From positions 208,205-272,204 of the forward strand of contig CT868657.1 in NCBI GenBank assembly GCA_000165425.1: 64,000 bases of DNA, in the 5' to 3' direction. Positions 12,514 through 27,056 of the stretch are shown here, piece after piece. A program made the translations under genes and the position numbers. Within the stretch, counting starts at the first letter, position 1; each line of letters starts with the position of its first letter. The DNA comes from Paramecium tetraurelia (taxonomy: Eukaryota). The notes under the pieces are model-generated. The model did no database searches, was not told the origin of the DNA, and saw only the letters and a program-made list of their open reading frames with translations.

Positions 12514-15500
12514 ATGTCTTCTGATGATTTAGGTGGTTAAGATGAAAATTACGAATCCATACAACGAGATTCCTTATGGAGAGACGAACATCAGATGGAA
12601 GAGTCAGCCCAACTCATACATTTCTTGGTCTTAGGACTAATATGCGGACTTATTCTTAGAGAATTCAATAAAAAGACTAAGTACACTGTAAAACCAATAC
12701 ATCTAGCATCCCATACTCCCCCATGATCCTTGCTCTTGGTTTGGCAGTTGGTCTATCCTAGGAATATTTGGGGAAAATAGGGAACAGTGCTCACATCTTA
12801 TCTAAAATGCACCCACACCTCATTGTCTTCATCTTCATCCCAGTTCTGCTGTTCGAATCGGCATTCAATTGTGACTGGTATACTTTCAAGTACTAAATTA
12901 TCAATATATTGCTGTTGGCAGGTCCAGGATGCGGATGGGTAATATTTTATAGAATATTTGAAGGGTGCTATACTATTGGGGGCATGCTTTAAGCTCGTTC
13001 TCTAATATGGCGATGAGGACATGAACTGGTATGAAGCATTCACTTTGGGATCAGTTTTATCTGCAACCGACCCAGTTGCTGTGGTTGCTTTACTAAAAGA
13101 GCTGGGAGCCAATCCAGCGTTTAACCACTTGATCGAAGGGTATGAAAGAAACGATATATTATAGGGAAGCATTGCTTAATGATGGAGTTGCAATGGTCCT
13201 CTTTAATGTTTTTAACAATATCTCAAAAGCCTCGAGCGGAAAAGGTGAAGCCGTTAATGGAGGTGATATCATATTAACTTTCCTCAGAACATCTTTCTTA
13301 GGACCAATTATGGGTTTAATATTGGGATTGTTGGTTGCTTTATGGACTAGAAGAATATTAGGTGATGATGTCGAAGTGACGTGGTTGACATTTGTGTTTA
13401 CATATTTTACATTTTATTGGGCGGAATTTGAATTTTTCAAAACAAGTGGACTGTTAGCAGTAGTAGGCCTAGGTTTGTTCTGGTGTGCTCATGCAAAGAC
13501 AAGGATAAGGGCATCAGTTGAACATTCAGTGCATGCAGTTTGGGGATTTGTCTAATATAGTTGTGACACTTTGGTGTTCCTATTGGTAGGCATCATTGTT
13601 GGGATAGAAATAATGGAGGAGAAATTAATATTAACTTCAGATTATTACAAAATGGTAGGGTTCTATTTCTTGATGATTTTGGCGAGACTTCTGATGGTTT
13701 TAACTTTCTATCCATTTCTCAAATGTATGAATGACTATATTGTTTAGGCTTTGGTTATCCAATCTCAAAGTCTGAGTTGATTGTCTTGGTGTATGGAGGA
13801 TTGAGGGGAGGATTGGGACTAACACTCTCATTAATGGTGGGTTGCGACGAAGATCTGCCTGCTCGTTTTAGACATTTAGCTGTCTTCTATGCTGCAGCCA
13901 TGGCCCTAATTACCAATATGATCAATGGAACTACGTGCAAGACTTTGGTGAAATGCGTTAAAATGATAGATGAACCCATTGTGAAAAAGAAGGTGTATAA
14001 GAAATATTTGGAAGAGTTGATTGTTATCCAATAGGATTTAGTCAAGGAATTGGAGACTGATGAGTTCTACAACATGACTGATTGGGCTACTGTTAACAAC
14101 CTAATTGGGCAGCAGGACTTTATTGAAAAAATTGACAAAGTGGAATAAGAGATTAAGCATTTGATATAGAAGAGGGGATTTTAAGAAATGATTTATGAAG
14201 GGTTGCCAAATCAGGAAGTTTTTGGAGAAGTCAGATATAGATTCTATAGAATCCTTAAGGGATTGTATTACCACAAATATGAAGAAGGTCTTTGTGAAGA
14301 ATAGACAGTGAGAATGTTGGTGGAGTCTAGTGATGTAGGCTTAGATAAATTAAGTGATAACCTTGAAATTTGGGATGAATTGTATAAGAACTTTATGAAT
14401 CTTTGCAGTGTTAATTTCTTTTTCAAAGTGAAACAGAAGTTTCTGATAGGATATTTCGCCAGAGAATACTTAATTAGACATCTGGGTCTAGTGTATGATG
14501 TCACATCCTCATTTATTATTTGTGCAGAAGAGGCATTGAAGTTGGCAGACAATTTCCCTATGAATAAGGAAGCTATATCTATTATTTAAGAAGAATTGAA
14601 AAAAGAAATAGAAAAGGCACAGTCTTACTTTGGTACTTTGAATGGTAGTTTCCCTGAAATTGTCAGAGTACTCTAAACCAAAAAGGCCTCCTTCTCCATC
14701 CTAACTCACTCCATAGAGCATGTACAATCCACTTAGAGACGAGGCCTTATTGATGATAAGGAGTATAAAATCTTGATGAAGGATATTAACATCAAACTTG
14801 TGAAATTGGAAAGTCATTCATATGATATGAGTTTGCCCTCTTTCCACGTCATCGCCATGCAATTCCCTATATTTTAGGAGATATCTTTGAGTGATCTGGA
14901 CATTATCAAAAAGGTGGCTGTAGAAAGGAAGTATGCATTGGGATAAGTGATTTATTCAAAAGGCAGCGAATGCAATGAAGTCTACATTATTATGAGAGGC
15001 TATGTTGTGAATGAATACAATGGAATTCTCATTACTAAGGGATTAGGATCCTTGATAACCCACTAAAGTCTCATTGTAGATGGTAATCATATGAGCACGG
15101 CAAAGGCAGCCGTCGAATCTCTATTGTATGCTTTACCAACCAAGGTTATCAAAGAGGTTATGATCAGGAATAAGGATTTCGAATTTAAGGTGTATTTACA
15201 CTCAATTGGTATTAGTTAATTTCATTGACTAGAATACATCAGAAAATGGTACGAGAATCAAGTTGGTCCCCTGGCTCAAATGGAATTGAAGCGATTGAAT
15301 GAACTGCTTAGAAATAAATCCAGATTAGTCAAACTTACTACGCTGTCTTAAATCGAATTCATTAATGGAGGCTTCTTGTTTTCCGGAGAGTTACGTGATC
15401 CTAAAAATAACGTATTTAATAAATATGAGTAAGGCTCTATATATATATCCTTTAAGTTATATTGCACCAACTGAAGGGTTATTTACTGCAGCAGCCAATT

Positions 15501-15658
15501 CCACTTGCTTCGTGTTTGATGAATAGATTGAAGTGCTCCAGTCGAAACGAATGAAGGAATTGAAATTAGACAGTCAAAGGGATCAAGAGATTCACGAGAA
15601 GTATTCAGAAATAAAGAGAAATTCCGTTTTGGAGTTAAGCAAAATCAATATTACCTGA
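12514..15658 (+). CDS. CPA1 Na+/H+ exchanger, SOS1/NHX7-like (tandem copy 2)
   Basis: Same motifs and colinear with copy 1; 6 mini-introns; TGA 15656-15658. Confidence 0.93.
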
Positions 15659-15744
15659 ATAATCATTTTATTTTAACTTCATTTAATTAAAAACCTTAGT
15701 AATAAGAAATTAATTTTATATCAAAATCAGAATCATTTACATAT

Positions 15745-18700
15745 TCACATAGGATTTCTTATTTACAATAAATATTGCATGATGGCTTTTATTCTACATA
15801 GTTTAAATTCCTTACTTAAGCAGATCATTATTGGGGATCAATGAAAATAGCAAGCGAGTCTTTATTATTGATTGGATCAAATTTCTCACCAGAGGTATCC
15901 AAATAAAAAAATACACAAATAGCATTAGCAAATTAAACACCGTGAACAAAGAGACTTTGGTCAATTGGTTCACAGAAAAATCGTTAGATATTGATTCAAT
16001 CAATTTATCTCCTAAGTATTAGAAAGAATCTTTAAAATAAGTTAATTAAGTCTTCCTAACATTTGTAAAATACACTGGATTCTTCAGTGCCTATTCCAAA
16101 TATTTGATATATTTTATGGTTGCCATAGATAACCCTTAACCGATGATTCCGTCATTAAAACTCTCACATTCAGATTATGACACACTTGGATCAATCTCTT
16201 TAATCAAACCACAGGGGTTTAATATAAATATCTGCTCAAATACACCAATATAACCAATATCCAACACATTTGAGTTTTCAGAATGCTATTTGTGAATGTC
16301 TGATATCATACTCTTTAACAGTTATACGTATTATTGACTATCAAAATTACCAAAATTAATAACAAAATTGTTGTCAACATATCTCTATTTAAAAGAGTTA
16401 TCTCCAAATCTTAAATATGATTCTATAATTGAAGTCAAATTCAAAACAGGTAAGATAGCATTATACCTTGAGTCAAGATCCTATTATAAATACTAAATCA
16501 TACATTGTTGTCAATTATCAGATAAATGAAGTATGCCTAAAATATTGAAATAATAAATATTATGGAAACTAGAATGTTCCTTAATATAGTATGACTATTC
16601 TCAAACTTTTTCCTCTTCTTTTTAATCAGAAATTAAGCCTCGTCATTATCATTAGTCTTCAAAGAATCCTAAGCACCCTCTTCTTGATATTAGACTGGTT
16701 TTCTCAACTCCTCTTCATAATCTAAATTCTATTAATTATTAAAAAGGATTTTATACTTCTTCGTCTTCTTTACTTTAAATGAGCTATAAAAAGTATTCGT
16801 AGTTTTTCTTCAAGGTTATCATTTATTACTCTTACACCTATAATAATAGAACTAGGATATTGTCTCTAAGATTCTTTATTTTCAGTATCAGAATCGAACA
16901 TGCAACGTATCTAAATTTATTTAATGTTATATTTAATACATAATAAATAAAATGAGGGTAACTAAAATGAGGATTATTTACACATTTTATGATTTCTCCT
17001 CCAACACTGTAACCATGTAATAGTAAAAATAGAATTAAGCCACATAATTGTGATACACTATTGAATTGTATGAATTAGTTTCAAAATAATTGAGATCAAT
17101 ATTATCGTCTGTGTATGAGGAAAGGTCTTATTAAGACAATGACAGAGCCTTGACTAAGGTTTACTCGATTGCTTCATTAAAAGTATAATTGATAACTACG
17201 TTTGATTAAGTCATTTCAATTGATGAGTCTTCATATTCTTATTAGTAAGAGTTGTATTAAGGGGCTAAATTGAAATTAGCTTAGCTTAACCTCGATTATA
17301 AATCTTTTATCTCATTTAAGGTCTTTATGTTTGAATCTTTCAACTCATCAAAATTATAATTTGATAATAAGCTTTCATAGTTTAAATTCATAAACTTTAG
17401 TTCTTAAACGTAAGATTGAACAACAAGAAGTTTCGATAATCTTTAATTACTTAAATAAAATAGGTCTAACCCATTTTATATTTCATTTTGATAGTTTAGA
17501 TCAAAAAAAAATTGCAAATAGCCAAGTGTTAGTAGACCAACAATCAATATCGATATAATATACCTTAAGGTATTTAGAAATGATGGAATAATAGAACTCT
17601 TAATCATGGATATCAATGAAGATTTAGTCTTCAAAAAGATATAATCTGATTATATTATACTATCAGAATCTTTGGTTTCTTATTTAATACTTTCGAATTC
17701 ATTTTATTCACCTTCAGAGATCTCCTCTTCTGAAAGTCCTTCAACATCAATGAGCATACCGTTAATCAATCTAACAGTTTTAATTCCATTACTTATACTG
17801 GTTGACTTTTTTGTTTACTTTCTATTTACTTATCTTTATTATTATTAATCTTCTTAAGATGAAACTATTGAACTAGTATCATAGCTGATTTTATGCAAAG
17901 TTTACATATAATTCTAGTAAGATCCTAAATAGGTGTCTAGTTATGAATTAAATTTAAAATTAAATTTATAAAAGTTGTCCACCATAGTATTGTGAATAGT
18001 AGATAATTATGGTGTGGCGATTTTCTCGAATTTAAAAACATACCCAATTAATCCAGCATTTGGTAGATCAATAGAGATCTCTGAGATTTAGCATTACAAT
18101 TTTAGAGATTCATCCATTACACAATCATCCAGAAGAGTACTATCCATTCCTGATGATTTAATGGATGATGATCTTTGAGGATTTAATTAGCTTGCATTGA
18201 TATTAAAAGAAATGATGGAATTCTTTTTACCTAATATTTCAGGTATTCTGCTCATGATATCAGGGAAAAGATCTTTAATATTTTTATTGCTTGCTTTAAT
18301 CATCTAAACATCTAAACGTAAAAGCTTTATGCAAGCACAATTTATTTCTTTAATGATTCCATCAGTATTGCAAATCAAATAACAAATTGGCTTATAGACT
18401 AATTCTATCCCTATTTTCCCTATTAAGAATACCTCTTAATTCTAAGTCATTAATTATTTTATTTATAAGGAACATTATTAAATGTATCCCTACTTATTCT
18501 TAATGAATATGACCTTTTCAACCTTTGACTTTTGGATGTCAGTGACACGTTTTAAGTAATTGTCAATCAATTGATCATGAAAATTTATATAACTAAAATT
18601 TTTTAATGAAATCAATACATTTATGGTTGAATCACTGACAATTTTCTCTCGATGAGATCACTTTTCGAAAACCCTAAAAAGCTGCAAGATGCTATATTCA

Positions 18701-20664
18701 CATCCTTGATTATCCCAAAATTATTTTATTCAGTATTTAAAATGATGATTGGAGAGGATTCAATAGATGCCTATTCTAAATTAATTAGATCATTTATTTA
18801 GAGTTTAATGAATTTGTCCTACTTCATCAATGTCATATTACCTTCATACTCATCACTGAGTACAAAGAAGAAGTATTTGCTCATTATTTTGTATAAGGAT
18901 GGAGAGTATACATTTTGCTACTGTACCTTTTGCCATTCTTTATCAATGAATTTCTTTATCCTCAATATTTTAAATCCAACACTGTCTATTTTGGCAAGAT
19001 CTGGCTTCTCGTCTTCCAAGGCAGCCAGGAATTCTAATTGCAAAATACATTAGGCCTCTAACTTTTAATTTAGGGATATCTAGATATTCTAATTATTGAT
19101 AAAGTTGTTGGTCTCTAATTTAGTGACATCATTTTCAACTTAAACATCTTCAATGAGTTTCTTGTATCTATAAATGATGAATTACTGATCTATTGGGATT
19201 GAGTTATTCTCCGCTTGAGATAATTCGATGAATGCCAATTGAGGAGACTTAATCTCATCAATCAAAAAAAATGAGTAATATAAGCGGAGATCTATATTTA
19301 GAGGCTACATCTTAATGCCAAATGTGAGCATTTAAGTTATTAATTCATTAATAATAATTTTGTTTTCTATTTGTCTATTTTAGTGTTTATTTTAGATTTA
19401 TCGCAATAACTACTTATTCTTCATTATGCAATCCAATCTTGGACATGTCTACTCATGTATTTCTAGGAATGCATCCAATAACAATTAAGAATGTTGATCC
19501 TTGATTGATTTCTCATTCAATGTCAGTAGATACCCACATAAGGATATCAGTTCATTCGGCTGTTTGGCTTAATTGAGATTCGAAAATAGGAGATCTATTT
19601 CCTAATCCTACTATTTAAATATGATCCCTATTAGAATTGGTATGCCCAGGGCATAACCTAGGAGGGAATTCTAAAAGTAGGGTCCTTCCAAGAAAAAGGC
19701 AAAATTGATCATGATAGTAGTCCAACAATTAATTGCGGTTATCACATTCCATAATTTCTGCACATATGGGTTGTAGAAGGGGGCAGAATACTTTATTTGA
19801 TAAAAAAAGTGGAGACTCAAAACAAACATCGTCAAAGTTATGATTATACTATAGGCAGGGGTTTCTACTAGTTGATATACCATTGTAGACAATGTAATGT
19901 AAATGTGGAATAAAGAAAACTATCTACCAGATCTTTATGCGAATACATCCGTGTTTGATTTCTTGGCCTCAAATAAGAATAGGGTAAAGGTGTTGATTTG
20001 AATCTAGAACAAAAATATAATAAAGATTGATAACACTCCATGGATTGTGTGTTCATTTGACCAACATACCACGTCAGTTTCATAGACCAATACACTTACG
20101 CCATTCGAATTGCTTGTACATGCTAGTAACTATGAAATTAGGGTAATAATAAATACTCCAAAGAAGATTTAATTTATAGGAAAAAATAAGATTGTAATCA
20201 TTAATTTTATACTTATTCTAACAACCAACACTATCCAATTTGTACTATTTTTCCTGTTTTACTGATTCACTAAAAGAGTTAATCCCAACATAATCAGAAC
20301 AATCAATCCAGAAAATGAATAAAACAGATATAGAAATACTGAAAAACCTTGATCTTTGACATGCAACAAAATTTCAAAATAACTCAAATATATAGCATTT
20401 CTTTACCTCAATATTTTATTTATTACATCAGTTACCTAATTATTTTTCCAAATGTAATTCACTTTAAGAGCAAAAGGTATGTAAAGCAATTAGAGCAACT
20501 AAATTGTTGACAACAACACAGTTTAAGTAAATGTTTATTCTTGTTCTTTTAAAATCAAGCAAAACACTCTATCATTAAATTACCTCTTACTTAAAGATGG
20601 AAGTCTTGATTTCCTTGAAAAGAGTCATCAGGTAAATTTAATCAGTCTTTGAAGAGGATGTCAT
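15745..20664 (-). CDS. Large multi-pass membrane protein with PAS domains (TmcB/TmcC-like ciliate family)
   Basis: N-terminal TM cluster (CWSNEHTIHG..), helical region (RLYYSFFL..AFIELSQAE), PAS-like GIIKDVNIASCSFLGFSKSDL and ICNTDGIIKEINCAC, C-terminal TMs ending WIPLVRNL...LFSLIP. Confidence 0.8.
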
Positions 20665-21404
20665 ACAATTATATATAAATTATATAATCTAAATTAAACC
20701 AATTATCGAACGAACTTGATAATCCCTAACATCTATCCCAGAGTGATTTCACACTGCATTCTTAATAACAATCATCTTGCACTAATAGGATTTGCCATTC
20801 CCAATAATTACTTTTTCTTCTTATTTTTGCAATTCCTAAATCTGATCTCTTTTTTTAATTCTTTTATTCCAAAAGTTCTTCACACATCGCTTAATCTATG
20901 CGATATCAATAAAATAATACATTTGATATAATTCAAAAACTACTATCCATACATGATCTCCATTCACTCCAAAAATCAATTGGCCATATTCCAATAATAC
21001 TCAATCAAAAATTAAGTATTAATATATCCTTTATTGTCATTCTCTTTAAAATTTCTAAAACCCATTGATGATATTGGATCATTATTTTATATTTTATTTT
21101 TCTTATTTGCTTCAGTTTTGCAATCAACACTATAATAGCATAAATGTATTTCTTTATTCCCTTTATCACGATATTCTTACCATGATTTATTATTTATGAC
21201 CTCAATAATTAAACATCATCTACTCACGCATAGTTATGGATATTCAAAATGTAAAATGGTTATCAATACTAGGTATTTAACTGTTAATTACTTCAATTAA
21301 ATGATGCTCTTATTCTAATTATTCAATATTCTTAGGAATTATAAAAGTAGATTTTCAATATAATTTTAAATTTAAGTTAATAGTGCGCCAAACTATTCTA
21401 AGAA

Positions 21405-22083
21405 ATGAATCAATCACCTCCAAAAGCAGAAAGAAGGCATACATCAATTTATCTACAAACTTAACCAGAACCTTAAAATTCTTCAATTTTCAAGATTGAT
21501 TTTGGCAAGGAGAACATCCCAACATAAAAAATAAGTTGGGATTAGTACTCAAAATCTCTTTAATAAGCAACTGTTTCTTAAAAGAAGAAGCCAACTTAAA
21601 AGTATGTGGAATTGGAGTCATAAACTGATGTTAACATTAAATTCAAGTTTCCCTTATACACAGATCGTTAAATTGGTATCAAACCGGAATATTAGAATCT
21701 CTTGTAAGAAGCATATGATAACGATGATGATATCAATACAAGAGAAAGTGTGATGAATTTTTTTATAGATGTTTGTAAAAGAGATTTAGTATAAGGGATA
21801 TTGGAAAATCAATAAATTAAAGATTAACAAGGGTACTTATATTAACTGTTATAGTTTGAAATCCCATCCTAAATTTTTCAGGTTGTACATAAAGATTAAG
21901 TTAACAAAATAAATCTATCAACTAGTAAACAGAATGATATTCAATCCATTTTTATCAATCTGTTTATTTTCAATTTAATTCAAGTACTATTTTCTATTAT
22001 TTCTGTTATTTAATATATTTTAAAGTAGATTGAAAATCGAAAAAGAGAAATTCTATTTCAATAATTATCCATAAAATTATTGA
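21405..22083 (+). CDS. Hypothetical protein (3' end uncertain)
   Basis: MNQSPPKAERRHTS...KFPLYTDRQIGIKPEYQNLLQEAYDNDDDINTRESV open frame. Confidence 0.5.
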
Positions 22084-23000
22084 ATGCTAAAATTAGTATT
22101 TAAATTTATTATTGAAAACTCAGAATTGTAGTTTTGTTGATTCTCAAAGGGTAGGAAAGACATTATATTAAATGGCGACAACAGAAAGGATTAATTAATT
22201 TTGAGATCTTTTAATCCTAATTTCCTTGATTTTTGAAAAAGTGTATTGAAATTGAATAGTCTACTTCGATGTTTCGATCAAATTTGATGAAAACTTATTT
22301 AAGAAACTCTAAAATATTGATAATTATAAATAGGCTAATCTTATATATATTTTCTCATATTAATTGCTAATTTTGCTTACATAAAGATAAATATATTTTT
22401 CTAAAAAGTTCTTCCATTTCTTTATGAATTAGTTTTCATAAGTTTGGTATGATGGATTTACTTTTATGTTTAATATATTCTTCATTATTTTTCTTGAATC
22501 CTATATTTATCAATTTCTGATTTTAAGAATATACCAAACTCATCAGATGGGCCATTTTCATTAAGAATAAACCCTTTTGAAAGATATTTTCAGTAAATGC
22601 ACCATGAGAATTGTTTAAAAATTTTAATTTTAATTTACATTATTAATTACAGCATTTTTACAGTTTGAGGTTTTGTGATTAAATATATACTAAGCTAAAA
22701 ATGATGATAAAATCAAGTAACTCAAATTTGTTATAATTCTTTCTCTAACACTTTAGATTATCAATCATAGTGTTACTTAATGGAATTATTTTTATTACAA
22801 TTTATTAAATCAGATTTCAAATAATAATTCTTGAAATATGGTGTAATAATATAAAATAATCTAAGTCCAAAAAATTTAGATATAAGAATTTAAAATAAAT
22901 AATTATATAATAAAAATTATAATAATTTAATTTATTATCAGATGATTTAACTTCATTAGGATTTATTACAGCATATAATAATCTATAATATTAATAATAA

Positions 23001-24302
23001 ATGAATCAATTAGATGATTTTGATCCAATTTGCTTCTAATAATCTTCTAGTTAAAATATAAATTTCGACTTTGAAGGGAATGTGAAGAACATTTAAACTA
23101 CTGCAAATTAGAACAGAAAGATTAAAGAAAATACAAAAAATACCTACATTAAAAAAATTAGTTCATTAATGAAATTATCTCCGACGTAAGAAAAGATTGA
23201 AGAGAAAATGTAAATTATTAGTTTAATTTTAAAGGCCAGAAAAAAAAATATTAATGAAGCCTTTTTAGAGTTAATAGCATTTCAATTACGTCTCTCAGAC
23301 AGAAAAGGAAGATAAATTAGCAAAAAATAGAGAATCCGCTAGAAATAGTAGAAAAAGAAAGAAAATTTATCTGGAATTACTTGAAAACAAGGTGACAAAA
23401 TTATCAGAATAATTGGATTTATTTAAAGATGTTAATGATAAAACCTATAGTTTGGCATAAAATTTATAAATTAAATTAACACAAGTAACCAATTGCTTTA
23501 TACACTTAGAAAAAAGAGCAAGATTAAACCAAATGCATTTTATTCAACAACCTACAAACATCATTAACAAATACTGCATCGGAGGCAAATGTTGATTCAA
23601 TAATAGATTCTTTAAATGTAAGTTATTTGATTATGTAGAAAAAATTTGGTTCAGCATCCCAAGAGAGATAATTTTTAATTGACCATTATGCAAGATAGAT
23701 AAATGAAAATTGTTTAGCTCCGTTTTGCAATTATATCATTTAGATAGCTAAGAAATAAGATGATATCTTCTCTTAAAATGAATAGTACAAATGTAAAATT
23801 ATTATAGAAATATGAATCTTAATTTATTATCCTAGTTGAAGTTGGCAGATAAACAAAAGTAAATACTTTTGAAGAAACAATAAAAGTTAGCCAAGCATTA
23901 TCAGGATATATCTAAGTATATACGCAGATCTTATAGACTAGCTCTGTTACCTAGATTATGGACACGAAATCTTAGATTTAAAAAGAACTTGCATCATTTG
24001 ATTCAACTCTAGATCAATTGAGATCTGAATTAAGACCATCTTAAGTCGCAAAATTACTTTTAGCTATAGAAAAGAAAGACATGCAACATCACTTTAAAGA
24101 CTCATTTGAGAAATTTTTTGGACATGATATAGAAGAAGATGACTCTTTAGATTTATATTAGTTTATGACTGAACGTAATTAATGTAACTCTCTGGGAATT
24201 GACATCTAAAATACCTATGATGTTTTTAGAGCATCCCATGACTTTCTTTTTGGCAAAAATGAAGAATTGGAAGTTAATTAGCTAAATGGTAAAGATGTAT
24301 GA
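23001..24302 (+). CDS. bZIP transcription factor
   Basis: EDKLAKNRESARNSRKRKKIYLELLENKVTKLSEQL basic region plus leucine zipper; mini-introns; TGA 24300-24302. Confidence 0.88.
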
Positions 24303-24338
24303 AGTATTATAAAACTTTTAAATTTAATTAAATATTAT

Positions 24339-26915
24339 TCAATCCTTATAATCTAGTAATTCTTTATAGGCTTCTTTAAAATAGCACATAGGAAAGCGTT
24401 AACTCAACTTAAAGTAAATGGCAGAACTGTATGGAAATACAGAGTTCTAAGAATTTGTACTCGACATTGAAGGCGATCTTTATAACTATTGACCATTTTG
24501 GTTTTCATAAAATTATTCGGACTATTGTTATGAAATATATTTTACATCATATTACAAAATTTCTAAGAAATAGGATTTATCCATTTCATCTAATACAATT
24601 TTCATGTTGTTTGGGTTTCTGAACATACAGCAAAGTAGAGTAGGAAAGAGAATGTTCTTTAACATTTTATCAACATAAAATTGAGAAGGCATTTACAATA
24701 AATTATGAAGCACAGATATCTTCTTCATAGATCCTACAAGTGAATTTTAATTGTTTTGATTCAAAACACAATAATATCCAATTAAAAGAATTAATTCATT
24801 TAATAAATCTTTTAGATCTTGACTTTACTCAAGGTTGCATTTACAATATGTTACAAGTCTTTAGATTATCATATGAACTTCTTATTTATTAGATGATTTG
24901 TTCATAGTCTCCTATAATACTATAATATTTAATCTAGAAATATTGTTCAAAGTCTTGATTCCAACCATGAAAAAACTTATAATTGTCTAGGGGAGTAATT
25001 TATTAGTAGTAAAACAGATCTCTTCACCCACAACCATTTAACTAATCAATTAGATTAAACCAAACAGTTCTGTTTCTTTAATTACAAATTTGAGATGCTC
25101 TTCAAAACTTTTGGATATTCGTTTTCCCTCTTCATCGAATAATGATTTATTCTATGTCCTATCATTTTTATTAAATTTACTCAAATCCATGGTAGTTTGT
25201 TGCTGCTTCAATAAAAGCAACACTCTTAACTAAAGCAACAGGTATCTTTCCTTCAGAATTGATGTAATCCTTTTCAAATGATAGAAATCTTAGCTTCATC
25301 TTATTGAATAATCCACAACAATACATATATTCTAAGGTATCCTCTTAGATTTCCTGAATGTTTAAATCAGAGAGTGGATCAGTTGGTAATTTATGTTTAA
25401 TAAGCAAACTAAATATTTAAAAACATTAAGCAACAAATTGATAACTGTATATAAATTTGGTTGGTTTGGAAGCTAAAAAGTTGTACATGAAATCAATAAT
25501 AGGCAATAACTTATTACTTGCCAACATGTAAGTTCTATTATTGTATACACTACAAAACTAATAAACTATTTCAGTTGCCTCAATGATAATTAATTAATAT
25601 TTACCACTCCAATAATTTTAAGATATTATGTATATTCATTTTTATGGCAGGAAGATATCTTCTTGAAAACTTCAATAACAATTTAAATGAACTTCATTTA
25701 TCTTAGATTTATCAAATCTGTTTCTTAATTTACCAATTTTAATAGTTCTTTCATTAATTATTCAATTTAATACAAATCCTTAATTTAATTGTTCAACAGT
25801 TTATCTAGATCATTTGATAATTTTTAAATTCTTTATCTATTATAACTATTGCCAGGTTCTTTATAACAATAAATATTCATATTTTCTAGTTGTAGACTCT
25901 TTTATTAGATCTTTTGTTTAATTTTTTGACATCTTTTTCTTATTGATTAAAATCTATTCTATGAAATCTCATCCTTGGATCCTTTTACAACCAAGATATC
26001 ATTTTAAGTAGCTGTTAGATTATAATATTATTTTGTTTATTTATGAGATTTAGACTAAATATGCTTGTTGTCATCTTCATTTTCTATAATACTATTGCAA
26101 ATCTAACATAGTTTGAAAAACTGAGGTTCCTCTTCCTTCTCTTTTTTTGGAGTAACATTTGTACTTGAATTTTCTTCATTTTTGAAAGTAGGTGATTATG
26201 GCTATTATTGTTATAGGAATGATTGTAAAAGATATGAATTATCATCGTATTTGGATCGAATTAAAATAGGAAATATGACAGATTTCTTAATAGTGGGTAC
26301 AGATTATTCTCTAAATGTTTTTGAGGGCATAAAGTTCTTTAACTTTTGCTTTTTCTTATTTTCCTTAATTTCAACTTTCTTTTTATTTTTACAATTTAAA
26401 ATATACGATTTAATCGCTCTCCAATGCTTATAAAGAACCTGATAATGATTTGCATTATCTCTTTTTTTCCACTTCCAACTCAAATGATGCATCATCTGAT
26501 ACTGATTGATCTAATAAAATTTTTAATTCATCTTTCCTTTTAATCTTTTAAACATCTTTTTTCATCTTCTTCACTTGAACATCCTTTTTTTCTTATTTCT
26601 TCAATAATTTTTACAGTTTTTCATCTTCATTTTCCTTCTTCTTTCTTCTTACTTCCTCATCTTTTATTTTTTTTTATTACTGCTTCTCCAACATATGTTT
26701 TTCTATATCCTTTTTTCTCTCCTAAGATTCGTACAATTTTTCATCGAACTCTATTTTCTTATTCTAAGCCTCGAGCTTTTAAATAAATTATGCTTCCCTC
26801 GCTTTATCAGATTCTAATTTTGCTCTCTATATTTTGTCCTCTAAACCCTTCTAATATCTCTATTGCAATTATCAGATAAACTTACTTGGGTGGCTTCCTC
26901 GTATTTCTTGAACAT
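24339..26915 (-). CDS. SCAPER: SCAPER-like protein (coiled coil + conserved C-terminal region); start uncertain
   Basis: K/E-rich coiled coil, then ELILLIGYYCVLNQNNQ..., LFPTLLCCMFRNPNNMKIVLDEM and terminal LSQRFP, recalling the SCAPER C-terminus. Confidence 0.7.
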
Positions 26916-27056
26916 TTAATCCAATGAACACTGCTTCCTTCTTTCACATTATTCAAATTAATTCATAAACAAAGAAATTATTAAATATAATATACATATA
27001 TAACAAATGAACTACTATTATTGATTCAATGATTAGAATATGTATATATTCCTATA

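Noticed and set aside
20700..21240. Purine-biased minus-strand stretch resembling coding DNA
   Set aside because: TGA in all frames tried; may be a decayed gene but cannot be supported
22250..22900. Possible minus-strand ORF remnants
   Set aside because: No stable gene model; the open frames are within chance length for a one-stop code
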